Below are positions 7,407-16,337 of a stretch of 49,099 bases of DNA, piece by piece. The notes beneath the pieces were generated by a model that was not told the DNA's origin, did no database searches, and saw only the letters and a list, made by a program, of their open reading frames with translations. This DNA is from a virus (lineage: Duplodnaviria > Caudoviricetes). Every line of letters begins with the position of its first letter. Position 1 is the stretch's first letter. The stretch is from the IMG/VR virus record IMGVR_UViG_3300012665_000623, positions 1-49,099 of that record. The stretch is one strand, 5' to 3'. The translations under genes and the position numbers were made by a program.

Positions 7407-7841
7407 TTACTTTGCCAGGGATTTGATTATGTGAGAGCCATGTACACGGACTTGAATATGTCCGTTATAATATTCGTCTGATTCTAATACTTTACGATCA
7501 AACTGTTCTTTTGCTTCGACGTATGATGTATGTGCCTTGCTATTGCAGTAGTGCAATATCTCTCTTGTGAATTTGTCTTTGCCTAATGCTTCTATGTCTG
7601 CTGTTAAATTTGGACTTGAGCCATAATATGTTTGCCAGTCGCTGTCTATTTTACCGCGAATTTTCTTTTTCTTCTTGATGCCGTTCTTTTGTTTAACGAC
7701 TTTGTAGGTTGTCTTACTAAACTTTGCTAATTTTTTACCGATATACTTACGCCCTGTTACTGTGTTGGTAATAATATAAACAAAACCAACACAGTCTTCA
7801 GGGAGTTCTTCAACGATGGTACCTTGATAGTACCAAGACAT
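7407..7841 (-). CDS. Stand-alone GIY-YIG family endonuclease (Seg-like catalytic domain)
   Basis: GFVYIITNTVTGRKYIGKK, YYGSS, FTREIL, conserved Glu in SYVEAKEQ and C-terminal YYN; 144 aa with no evident appended DNA-binding domain. Confidence 0.9.
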   Translation of the reverse strand: MSWYYQGTIVEELPEDCVGFVYIITNTVTGRKYIGKKLAKFSKTTYKVVKQKNGIKKKKKIRGKIDSDWQTYYGSSPNLTADIEALGKDKFTREILHYCNSKAHTSYVEAKEQFDRKVLESDEYYNGHIQVRVHGSHIIKSLAK

Positions 7842-8035
7842 TAAACCGCCTTGGTGTCTTTACGAGCATTCTTCTCTGCTGTGATTTCGTTACGACGGGT
7901 TTTTACTGCTTTCGCTAGCTCTGCTAGCGCCTTGCGAGCGCGAGTTCCAGCGGCGTTATTACCTTTGACAAACTTATCATCTTCCGCTTTCCATGCTGCC
8001 AAGTTGTCTTCGATTAGTTTAATTGTATCACTCAT
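7841..8035 (-). CDS. Histone H1-like protein, Hc1 family
   Basis: KFVKGNNAAGTRARKALAELAK matches the Hc1 KGNxAAGTRARK signature. Confidence 0.85.
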   Translation of the reverse strand: MSDTIKLIEDNLAAWKAEDDKFVKGNNAAGTRARKALAELAKAVKTRRNEITAEKNARKDTKAV

Positions 8036-8303
8036 TTGTTAAGTCCTTTGTAGTTTGTCTTCGTGGCTTAGGTCCTTTACGAACATAACCCTTCTCTTTC
8101 CATTCGGCAACATTTTTTTGACGTATCTCCCATTGTTCCTGGTTAACCATGTCGTGAATTTGTTTACCTGCTTTTAAAAGAGCCTTCATTGCCTTACGAA
8201 CAGCAATAGCATTTGCTCTAATAGAATTTTCCTGCCAGTTATGATAAGCTCTATGATAATCTAATATTAGATCAATAAACTCGTCATGCTCTTTATCTAG
8301 CAT
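8028..8303 (-). CDS. Small basic helical protein, possible diverged Hc1 paralogue
   Basis: ANAIAVRKAMKALLKAGKQI resembles Hc1 AAGTRARKALAELAKAVKTR; basic C-terminal tail; overlaps the Hc1 start. Confidence 0.55.
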   Translation of the reverse strand: MLDKEHDEFIDLILDYHRAYHNWQENSIRANAIAVRKAMKALLKAGKQIHDMVNQEQWEIRQKNVAEWKEKGYVRKGPKPRRQTTKDLTNE

Positions 8304-8308
8304 ATTAC

Positions 8309-10099
8309 TTACACCACGGCCTCAACTAAATCCGCATCATTTGAATAACTGGTAAAACCATTCTCTTTTATCACATGAAGAATGTTATTGACACGCCCTG
8401 CAAGTTCATCTTTATGTGATATAAGGTATATATTCTTATTGCGTTCACGTGCCATCTTCTTTAGAATGCTTAAACTAGCTTCAACACCTGCGGCATCCAT
8501 ACCTGCATCAATTAATTCGTCAATAAACAGCAAATTAATAGGCTGATAAAGACTTTCCCACACATCTCTAAATGCCCAAGACAGGCTTAAGATTAGTCTA
8601 TTTCGTTCACCTCTACTGAGATTGTCAAAGTCTAAGTCCTGTCCAAGTTGTGTAATTTCGACGTTTAAATCGTTCAAAAATTTCACTTGATGCGGTAATC
8701 CGCTCTTGGCCAAGTAGTAACTTAGACGTTTATTCAAGTAGGCCAAGTTTTGATCTATGATTTTCTTGCGAATAAAGCTATCTTTATTAGTCAATAGCTT
8801 ATGTAGGAACTCCATATGATCCTTCATAGAAGTTAATGTATTAACCGTATCCCAACTGATTTCCTGTAGTGCTGTATTTTTAAGCTCTTCTACTTGTTCT
8901 AAGTAAGGATTTGCTTCAGTTTCACGTGCTTTCTGTGCAGTTTCTAAACTTTCTACGTTGTTTTTGTGGTTGTATGCTTCTTCAGCAGTGTCGTAGTAAG
9001 TATGCGGTCTTCCGTTGATATCACCAATGTCGTTTATTTCTTTAATAACAATAGTGAGATCATTATTGACCTTATTCAAATACTCTGCACTATCCGTCAA
9101 GTTCTTTTCAGCAACAACTCGCATTTCTTCATGCTTGTGATCATGTAGTTCTTGCTCACAAGACGGACATTTCTTATCATCTAATGTTTCTAATTCATTA
9201 GTATACTTGCCTACAGTCTTGTCAGCTTGCCCTACAGCAGTTTCTAAAGTTGCTTTTTGTTTATTAAGAGCTTTGATTTTGGCATATTGCTCATCATAAA
9301 CTTTTAATCTGGCATGCTTTGCAATTTCTGCTTCGATGTCAACAGAGCGCAACTCTGCAATTGCTTTGGAGTAACCGTGTATGTCCTGTTCTCGCTTGGT
9401 TTCCCAGGCTTTGCTTTTAGTAGTGAGGCTATCGATGGATTGTTGAACTTTTTCATTGCTGGTCCTTATGCTATCAATTTTAAATGTTTCTACTTGGATA
9501 CTATCTTTGACTTCTTTTGTCTGAAGTTTTAAAGATTCTGCTTTTTCACTTAATAATGTTATGCCTAAGAGTTGTTCAATTACTTCTCTTTGATCGTTTG
9601 CCCTCATGGCAAGGAACGGTTCTGTGTAGGTATTCAAACAAACTAGATGTTTGAACATTGTATGGCTCATCCCTAATAGATGTTCGATGGCCTTTTGTGT
9701 CTCTCTGCTGTCGCCTTGTGCATCATCGTCTGCATCTTCTGCGCTTTGCTGTACATGATCCACATAAAACTTTAATAAGTTTGGTTTGCGACCACGTTCA
9801 ATTTTAAATTGTTTACCATTAACATCAAACTCCACAGTAACCAACATGTGTTTACCATTTGTTTTGTTAATTAGATTTTCTTTTTTGATTTTTGTTAGTG
9901 CTTCGCCGTATAAAGCATAGCTAAGGGCATTGACAATAGTTGTTTTACCAGTGCCGTTACGACTACCACTATCATCTCCGCCTAAATCTAAGTTTTCACC
10001 TAGCACAAGTGTCAAGAGATTTTTATCAAAATCAACAGCTTGGGTTTGATTACCCACGCTCATAAAGTTTTTTACTGTTATATTTTTTATTTTAAACAT
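8309..10099 (-). CDS. gp46: Recombination ATPase subunit, Rad50/SbcC-like (T4 gp46)
   Basis: KNFMSVGN, Walker A RNGTGKTT, coiled coil with CPSC zinc hook, signature LSRGE, Walker B LLFIDE, ISH. Confidence 0.96.
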   Translation of the reverse strand: MFKIKNITVKNFMSVGNQTQAVDFDKNLLTLVLGENLDLGGDDSGSRNGTGKTTIVNALSYALYGEALTKIKKENLINKTNGKHMLVTVEFDVNGKQFKIERGRKPNLLKFYVDHVQQSAEDADDDAQGDSRETQKAIEHLLGMSHTMFKHLVCLNTYTEPFLAMRANDQREVIEQLLGITLLSEKAESLKLQTKEVKDSIQVETFKIDSIRTSNEKVQQSIDSLTTKSKAWETKREQDIHGYSKAIAELRSVDIEAEIAKHARLKVYDEQYAKIKALNKQKATLETAVGQADKTVGKYTNELETLDDKKCPSCEQELHDHKHEEMRVVAEKNLTDSAEYLNKVNNDLTIVIKEINDIGDINGRPHTYYDTAEEAYNHKNNVESLETAQKARETEANPYLEQVEELKNTALQEISWDTVNTLTSMKDHMEFLHKLLTNKDSFIRKKIIDQNLAYLNKRLSYYLAKSGLPHQVKFLNDLNVEITQLGQDLDFDNLSRGERNRLILSLSWAFRDVWESLYQPINLLFIDELIDAGMDAAGVEASLSILKKMARERNKNIYLISHKDELAGRVNNILHVIKENGFTSYSNDADLVEAVV

Positions 10100-11112
10100 T
10101 AAAGTCCGTTATAGATACTTAAAAGAGTATTCTTATCATATGTTCCGCTTTCTAAAGCAACAATCTGTTCTGCTACAATCTGATCAACGCTTTCAAACTT
10201 TACATCTGTTGCATCATCAATTAATCCTTCTAGATTATCTTTTTCAGTAATCAAACTAAGTTCACGTATGTCATGTTCTTTCATAAAAGTTTCTTTAATG
10301 AAATTGGCTTCTTCATACGTGATGTCGATATCCAGCGTAACACGCAAATACATCTTACTCTTTATAATAGCATCTTTCTCATCGATAAGTCTACTTAATT
10401 TTATTGTACGATACTTAGGACAATCCGGCCAATCAATATATTGGGGAACGCCGCCCCAATCTAAAATCATCATACCTCTTGCATCGTCCCATGCATCTGC
10501 ATAATTGTGAGGGAAGGCATTACCAATGTAATGTATTTTGTCTTGATTTTGTCGCTTGTGGAAGTGTCCACTAAACACATACTCCTGATGTTTGAAGTGT
10601 GAAACTTGCAACTCCCCATGATCAGGCATCTGAACCATTGCATTCATGTAAAACAATGGTAATTCAAAGTGTCCAAAAATGTACTTGCTTTTTAAATTGC
10701 TAACGTGTTTCCATTCTTCACCCACAAGCCACGGAAGGATAGTAACTCCACCTTCCGTGAACTCTCCATTAACCATATTAATGTTAGGAAAAAGTCTCCC
10801 GTACTCTAAACTGTGTAAATCACGTTTGTCTTTATAGTATTGATCGTGGTTTCCCGTAATGACATGCACTTTTTCAAATGCGCCATTAAGTTTTTCCAAG
10901 GCACGAACGGTATAATTCATTGTGCCAACGTCAGTACTATTACGATTATGATGCCAGTCCCCTAAGAAAATGGCAGTTTCACAACCTTCTTTTTTAGCAG
11001 TATCAATAAACCAATCAACGAAATCCATACAGTCTTCGTTGTGTAATCTACTGTTGCTCTTTAAGCCAAAGTGAATATCAGTAAAGCAGGCTACTTTTTT
11101 AAACAGGTTCAT
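10099..11112 (-). CDS. gp47: Recombination nuclease subunit, Mre11/SbcD-like (T4 gp47)
   Basis: Metallophosphoesterase motifs DIHFG, LGDW, GNHD, GHFE, SGHFH. Start taken at ATG 11112 (MNLFKK), preceded by AGAGG. Confidence 0.95.
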   Translation of the reverse strand: MNLFKKVACFTDIHFGLKSNSRLHNEDCMDFVDWFIDTAKKEGCETAIFLGDWHHNRNSTDVGTMNYTVRALEKLNGAFEKVHVITGNHDQYYKDKRDLHSLEYGRLFPNINMVNGEFTEGGVTILPWLVGEEWKHVSNLKSKYIFGHFELPLFYMNAMVQMPDHGELQVSHFKHQEYVFSGHFHKRQNQDKIHYIGNAFPHNYADAWDDARGMMILDWGGVPQYIDWPDCPKYRTIKLSRLIDEKDAIIKSKMYLRVTLDIDITYEEANFIKETFMKEHDIRELSLITEKDNLEGLIDDATDVKFESVDQIVAEQIVALESGTYDKNTLLSIYNGL

Positions 11113-11998
11113 CTTCATCCTCTGGAGTATCTGCACTCTTCTCCATTTTAAAGTTTTTGTAGAGTGCGGCTTGTCTAGCAGTTTCTTCAGCATACTCTTG
11201 CTGATTTTGTCTAGTAAAGCTAGGCGCTAGTCCGTTTTCTTCTAATATATCATCACGGATATTTTGCATACGTTTTTCAATATTCAATACACGGGTAAAA
11301 CTATTTGTAACTGCGGCAGTATAGTATGCAAACGGGTTTTCACTTTTACTTTCATCAAACTGTAGACCAATTTGACTTAGCTGTAAAATCGCCTGTCCTT
11401 TCATTTCTTCTACATACGTGTATCCACGCCAGTTACTACGTTGGGCATAGCGTTCTGCTAACATCAAATACATTTTGCCTAACTCTTCAGTAATGCGTCC
11501 GTGCTCTTTATTGAACTCACCCTTCTTTAAATCACCCTTCCAATGACTTTTGCCAATACAGACTAAATTATCTTTCTTGTCAAAACCCCAATGTTGGTAG
11601 GGAGGGAAGTTACATCGTTCATGACTATCAGCAACGCTCTTGACCGTTTTCTTTCTGCCCGGGGCAAGTGGCACATGCTCAAATGTCATTATCCTAAACA
11701 CTAAATCTGTTTTCTCTACTTTCTTGTAATCGACTACAAAGTCGGCCATTTTGATATCTTTTACTCCGGCCGCTTTTTGTTTTGCCCATTCTAAATACCC
11801 TAGGCGCTTTGCTCTATTTCTCTTTGCTTCTGCAATGGTTCGAATGTTGATTTTTTCTAAACTTGGCAATATGATATCATGATTTTCTGCTTCTTTCGAT
11901 ATATATGAACCATAGGTTGCTTTACTTTTGTGAATCTGTAATAGTAAGTCCCTATTGTTTAGATATTTGCTCTTTCTACCTGTTGTTGTTATTGTCAT
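11099..11998 (-). CDS. gp55: Late transcription sigma factor (T4 gp55-like)
   Basis: YLNNRDLL, NWRGYTYVEEM, FDESKSENPFAYYT...NSF.R.LNIEK match gp55; T4-like 55-47-46 order; AGGAG RBS at 12009-12013 supports ATG 11998. Confidence 0.88.
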   Translation of the reverse strand: MTITTTGRKSKYLNNRDLLLQIHKSKATYGSYISKEAENHDIILPSLEKINIRTIAEAKRNRAKRLGYLEWAKQKAAGVKDIKMADFVVDYKKVEKTDLVFRIMTFEHVPLAPGRKKTVKSVADSHERCNFPPYQHWGFDKKDNLVCIGKSHWKGDLKKGEFNKEHGRITEELGKMYLMLAERYAQRSNWRGYTYVEEMKGQAILQLSQIGLQFDESKSENPFAYYTAAVTNSFTRVLNIEKRMQNIRDDILEENGLAPSFTRQNQQEYAEETARQAALYKNFKMEKSADTPEDEDEPV

Positions 11999-12020
11999 AT
12001 TTGTAGAACTCCTAACTATC

Positions 12021-12049
12021 ATTATAAACTAAGCACTTAATTTTGTCAA
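12021..12049 (-). promoter_or_regulatory. Consensus sigma70 promoter for the gp55-gp47-gp46 operon
   Basis: Minus strand TTGACA (12049-12044), exactly 17 nt, TATAAT (12026-12021). Confidence 0.9.
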
Positions 12050-12055
12050 TAAATA
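12048..12055 (+). promoter_or_regulatory. Late promoter AATAAATA for the baseplate operon
   Basis: TAAATA core ahead of GGAG (12061-12064) and ATG 12074. Confidence 0.75.
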
Positions 12056-12073
12056 TTGTTGGAGATTGACAAA

Positions 12074-12841
12074 ATGACTGATTTTATAGATTCACTCGGA
12101 AAAGGCGTTGCCCAATTCCAAGATACTTTTGGCGTCGTTGGAATGAATAACGGTGCTTCCTTGATACGAGCCGCCGCACTTGGTAAACCTGTACAGGGTT
12201 CTTATAAAGTTGGATTTAACGGAACCGATAATCAAGCATCTATTAATAATAGAGTTTATATTAAAATTCCAAGTTACTACTGTCCTAACGGAACTTTGAC
12301 ATACGCTCTGTCTTCGGAAAAAGGATTGGGATGGCAAGGTATATATTTTCCTGTAACTCCAACTGTGCGACAAGACTATAAAGCTAACTGGGTAGCAACG
12401 GCTCCCCAACAAAGTAATTATGCTATCTATTCATACAACAACACAGATGTTGGAACCATTAGTGTTAGCGGACAGTTTCCAGTTCAAACACCTGACGAAG
12501 GATATTATTGGCTAGCTACAATTAATGCTTTGAGATCTTTAACTAAGATGAGAACAGGTAGAGATCAAGTTCCAGGTGCACCTCCTCCAGTGTGTAGATT
12601 TTTTGCATATGGTGCAAATATATATGACAATATTCCTGTAGTAATTGGCGACTTTAGTATAGAGCTACCTGCAGATGTTGATTACGTAACCAGCTATAAT
12701 TTTAATGGACAACTAACCAAAGTGCCAACATTAAGTACCATAACAATGAATTTAATCCCTGTATACAGCAGAAGAGAAATGTCCAACTTTAGTGTTGACA
12801 AATTTGTTAAAGGTACACTTGACGGACAAGGATATCTATAA
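12074..12841 (+). CDS. Baseplate tail-tube initiator/cap (gp48/gp54-like)
   Basis: FPVTP...ISVSGQF...GAPPPVCRF.AYG...IPVVIGDFSIELPADVDY pattern; precedes gp53. Start set at ATG 12074 from the RBS. Confidence 0.7.
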   Translation: MTDFIDSLGKGVAQFQDTFGVVGMNNGASLIRAAALGKPVQGSYKVGFNGTDNQASINNRVYIKIPSYYCPNGTLTYALSSEKGLGWQGIYFPVTPTVRQDYKANWVATAPQQSNYAIYSYNNTDVGTISVSGQFPVQTPDEGYYWLATINALRSLTKMRTGRDQVPGAPPPVCRFFAYGANIYDNIPVVIGDFSIELPADVDYVTSYNFNGQLTKVPTLSTITMNLIPVYSRREMSNFSVDKFVKGTLDGQGYL

Positions 12842-13143
12842 TGGCCTATTACAGTAACTATTCCCCATATAAAGAAACTCCTATTAAAGGAAATTATCTT
12901 GACGTCTGGACAGCAAGAACTGTACCTATATCAGAAGACGATGTATTAGTAGATTTACCATCACAATACGAATATAGACCTGACATGTTAGCATTTGATG
13001 CTTATGGTGATCCTCGCCTATGGTGGGTGTTTGCAGTTAGAAATCCTAGCGTAATAAAAGATCCAATTTATGATTTGGTATCAGGTGTAAAAATTTACAT
13101 ACCACAAAAACAAAGTCTACTTAGTTCATTAGGTACAGCATAA
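12841..13143 (+). CDS. gp53: Baseplate wedge LysM-like protein (gp53 family)
   Basis: YRPDMLAFDAYGDPRLWWVFAVRN ... G.KIYIP. Confidence 0.88.
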   Translation: MAYYSNYSPYKETPIKGNYLDVWTARTVPISEDDVLVDLPSQYEYRPDMLAFDAYGDPRLWWVFAVRNPSVIKDPIYDLVSGVKIYIPQKQSLLSSLGTA

Positions 13144-15239
13144 TGGCAGGCATTACTATTGGATTAAACGGAACAAAAGTTAATTCCGTACAATCTTTAT
13201 TAAACGCTTTTATAAACACCGACTCATTGAGCTTCCCCAATGAGAATATATTACATAGATATAGAGTATTCAATTATGTTATAACATTGGCCATTGTGTC
13301 CCCCGAAGAGTATAACACACAAAGTTATAAAACTAAAGGGTTTAATTACATTGTATTCAAAAGTGCTGGCAAACCATTTGGTGCTCAAAAGCCTGCATCA
13401 GGAAAAACATTAACTTCTGACCAAATTGATCTAAATGCATTTGCAAAAAGTGGACAAGGGCAGTATGATTTTTATTTAGAAGACCTATATATTAAATCAG
13501 CATTTGGCAAACAGCAAGACTGGGCAACGAGTTTAAAATTAAAAATTATTGAACCATACAGTATTGATAATTTTATGAAAACAGTGCAAACAGGTCTAAG
13601 AAGCAAAGGTTTTAAAAACTTTGAAAAAGGTTGCCCGTTTATTGTTAAAATTGAATTTGTTGGATATAAAGACGGAGCCACAAGTACTCTTAGTGAAGAG
13701 CCTGAGATGATACCTTTTGCTACTAGATACTATCCTGTTATGATGCAAAGTATCAAAGCATCGTTAACTAAACAAGGTACTGCTTATGAATTAACAACTG
13801 CGCCACTTAATGAGGCGGCAGTATATGATGATATTAATAAAGTAGCATCAAGATTTACTGTTAAAGGTAATACACTTGGTGAAGTCATGAAAGATTTAGA
13901 AAAGCAATTAGAAGATTACGCTACTCAAAAAGAACAAGAATCAAAATATCTGTCCAATCGATATAAAATAGCTTTTGCAAAATATAATAACGGCGTACTA
14001 GAACGTGGTGATAATGACCTAAGTAAGATTGAAATGTATAACCAGTTCAGTGATGTTGGCAACAGAGAGTTTTCTTATAATAAAGACGGCTACTTAATAT
14101 CAAACCCAAAAGATAATGAAAAAACAGGCCAAAAACAATTATTATTTCAAGTTAATGGAGCCGCAGGGTTAATAAAAATTATTGATACATTGGTCCTTGA
14201 TAGTCAATATATTGCACAACAAATTAAAAACAAATTTTCCACAGTGGATAAATCAGGTAATTTTGATTACTATAGAATAATACCAGAAGTCAAACTAAAA
14301 ACTTATGATGCCTCTGCTGGACGTATGATATATGAAACAACATATTTGATTGTACAGATAAAAATCAGTAAAGGTAGATTGGCTATGAACGTCAATCCTT
14401 TATCGCCTGCTGAAATTGAACGGTCCTTAGCAAGAACATATCAATGGCAGTACACTGGTGAAAATAGAGACATTATTAATTTTAATATTGATTTTAATAT
14501 GTTTTGGGTTAGACTTTTAGAAGCAGGATACGGACAAACTGGTGCATTGCCAGGTCAAGATGCAGGATCTGCAAGCGAAGGACGTGTGCAAGCACAGGCC
14601 CCTACCGCAGGCGAAGAAGCGGGCAACGGTACAACTGCGTCAATGGCTCCTTCAATTGTTGCTAACCATCCACACAGCAACAAGAGTACAAATGACAGCG
14701 GTAATGCTAGGACGTCAGCTGAAACTGATCCTAATTATAGACTTGCTAAAACCATACATAACAATATTAATAATCCTTATGAAAAAGTTATGTTTGATAT
14801 GGATCTTTTAGGAGACCCAATGTGGTTAGGCTGTCAATTTATTGATTCAAATTTAAAAATGGGTGGGGATTCGGATACAAATCTTTTCACAACAGATGGT
14901 GGCTTTGCACTTAGGACCGTTGAGCCTAGGATCAAAGTGCTGGCTTACGCACCAATTGATTTTAATTCAGATGGTCTATTAGTATCAGACGGATCACTCT
15001 CAAACTCACCTAAATTAGGATTTGGGCCATTAGCACCTTTTCCAAAATATGATGACAACTCAACACCAACCAATCCTGGATTGCCAGTTGGCCGTTCTCC
15101 AACATGGAGTGCATATTACCAAGTTACTGGTGTTGAGAGTTTCTTTCAAGGCGGCGTTTTTAAACAAAAATTAAAAGGCTATAGACTCTACACAGAAGAA
15201 CAAGTAGACCCAAGTGTGCCTGTAGCTAAAAAGGAATAA
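13143..15239 (+). CDS. Putative baseplate hub protein (gp27/VgrG-like)
   Basis: 698 aa between gp53 and gp5; MDLLGDP and C-terminal YYQVTGVESFFQGGVFKQKLKGYR typical of the final hub beta-barrel. Confidence 0.65.
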   Translation: MAGITIGLNGTKVNSVQSLLNAFINTDSLSFPNENILHRYRVFNYVITLAIVSPEEYNTQSYKTKGFNYIVFKSAGKPFGAQKPASGKTLTSDQIDLNAFAKSGQGQYDFYLEDLYIKSAFGKQQDWATSLKLKIIEPYSIDNFMKTVQTGLRSKGFKNFEKGCPFIVKIEFVGYKDGATSTLSEEPEMIPFATRYYPVMMQSIKASLTKQGTAYELTTAPLNEAAVYDDINKVASRFTVKGNTLGEVMKDLEKQLEDYATQKEQESKYLSNRYKIAFAKYNNGVLERGDNDLSKIEMYNQFSDVGNREFSYNKDGYLISNPKDNEKTGQKQLLFQVNGAAGLIKIIDTLVLDSQYIAQQIKNKFSTVDKSGNFDYYRIIPEVKLKTYDASAGRMIYETTYLIVQIKISKGRLAMNVNPLSPAEIERSLARTYQWQYTGENRDIINFNIDFNMFWVRLLEAGYGQTGALPGQDAGSASEGRVQAQAPTAGEEAGNGTTASMAPSIVANHPHSNKSTNDSGNARTSAETDPNYRLAKTIHNNINNPYEKVMFDMDLLGDPMWLGCQFIDSNLKMGGDSDTNLFTTDGGFALRTVEPRIKVLAYAPIDFNSDGLLVSDGSLSNSPKLGFGPLAPFPKYDDNSTPTNPGLPVGRSPTWSAYYQVTGVESFFQGGVFKQKLKGYRLYTEEQVDPSVPVAKKE

Positions 15240-15242
15240 CAA

Positions 15243-16337
15243 ATGACAACAACAACTTTATTTGAATGGCGCCCAGACAACAGGGTAACAACATTTGTAA
15301 CTGCCACCCAACGTACCAACGTTGGAAACTTTATTAACTTTTCTCTACAAGGAGATCAGTTTGGTATATCAATTGGCGGAACATTATCTTCAATACCACA
15401 ATTAGCACAAGTGTCAGCAATTATACAAGGGGTACTTGGAATATTTGGATTAGGGCAAACTGCGCCAGAACCGCCTGCGCAACTTAAAACTATTACAGTA
15501 GATGCTGGTGTTACGTTGGCAACATTATTTGGAGCAAGCCAAGGTATTAACTTTTTAGTACAAGTGTTACGTGGCAAAATTGAACAAATTAAAAATTATG
15601 TAGAAAGTGCAATTACAAGTATACAAAATTTAATTCAGTGCGTATTAAAAAATCCTCTATTGGCAGCGGCATTATTAGCGAAGATTATTAGGCAAGGTTG
15701 GTTAACTATGCCTGTTGGTTTGCGAGAAGCATTGGAGAAGGCAAGAGATATTATTAACGGCACTATTGGTCTAAACATTTTAGTCTATAATCCACTGGCA
15801 AAATTGATTGCTTTTATTAAAAAATTATTATCATATAAATTTCCACCTCCGTTCCTATTACCGTTTATTCCCTTTATTCCTGGTTGTAGTCCTGCTTTCT
15901 ATTCAGGACGCCCTCCAACTACGTTGAGAGATACAACTGCAATTGTGAATCCACAAACAATTACAGTCTCTGGTGGATTTACAAGTCAAATCAATACACC
16001 TGCTGTAATCCCTTTGGAAATTGGTCCAGGAAGAAATCCTAACTTAGCACTAACTCCATTAGAGTTAGCCAACTTAGGGCAAGAATATAATCCTTTTGAT
16101 TTATATACATCAGGAACTATTGGAAAAACATTAAACTCTGATCTGACTGTTGACAACTATCCTCTAAGACCAACAGCAACTAACTCTGCTACAAGACAAG
16201 TACAGGATCAATTATTATCTGCTAGGACAAAGGTAGTAAATGATATTACTGTTCTAAATAAAGATATTAGCAGAGCAGGCTTTATACCTAGACCAAATCC
16301 TCTTGACGAACTATTATGTAAACCAGGCGAGTTATAA
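15243..16337 (+). CDS. Hypothetical baseplate-cluster protein, hydrophobic/Pro-rich
   Basis: 364-aa ORF translationally coupled to gp5 (TAATG); family not recognised. Confidence 0.6.
   Translation: MTTTTLFEWRPDNRVTTFVTATQRTNVGNFINFSLQGDQFGISIGGTLSSIPQLAQVSAIIQGVLGIFGLGQTAPEPPAQLKTITVDAGVTLATLFGASQGINFLVQVLRGKIEQIKNYVESAITSIQNLIQCVLKNPLLAAALLAKIIRQGWLTMPVGLREALEKARDIINGTIGLNILVYNPLAKLIAFIKKLLSYKFPPPFLLPFIPFIPGCSPAFYSGRPPTTLRDTTAIVNPQTITVSGGFTSQINTPAVIPLEIGPGRNPNLALTPLELANLGQEYNPFDLYTSGTIGKTLNSDLTVDNYPLRPTATNSATRQVQDQLLSARTKVVNDITVLNKDISRAGFIPRPNPLDELLCKPGEL

Noticed and set aside
7035-7841. Group I intron with a GIY-YIG homing endonuclease (minus-strand CUUAGCGACUA resembles the R element)
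   Set aside because: No downstream UAGUC/S element to form P7 was found, and there is no interrupted host gene: the flanking ORFs are complete and convergent.
11113-11193. 27-aa N-terminal extension of gp47 in the ORF track
   Set aside because: Overlaps the gp55 C-terminus; ATG 11112 has an RBS and puts the DIH motif near the N-terminus as expected.
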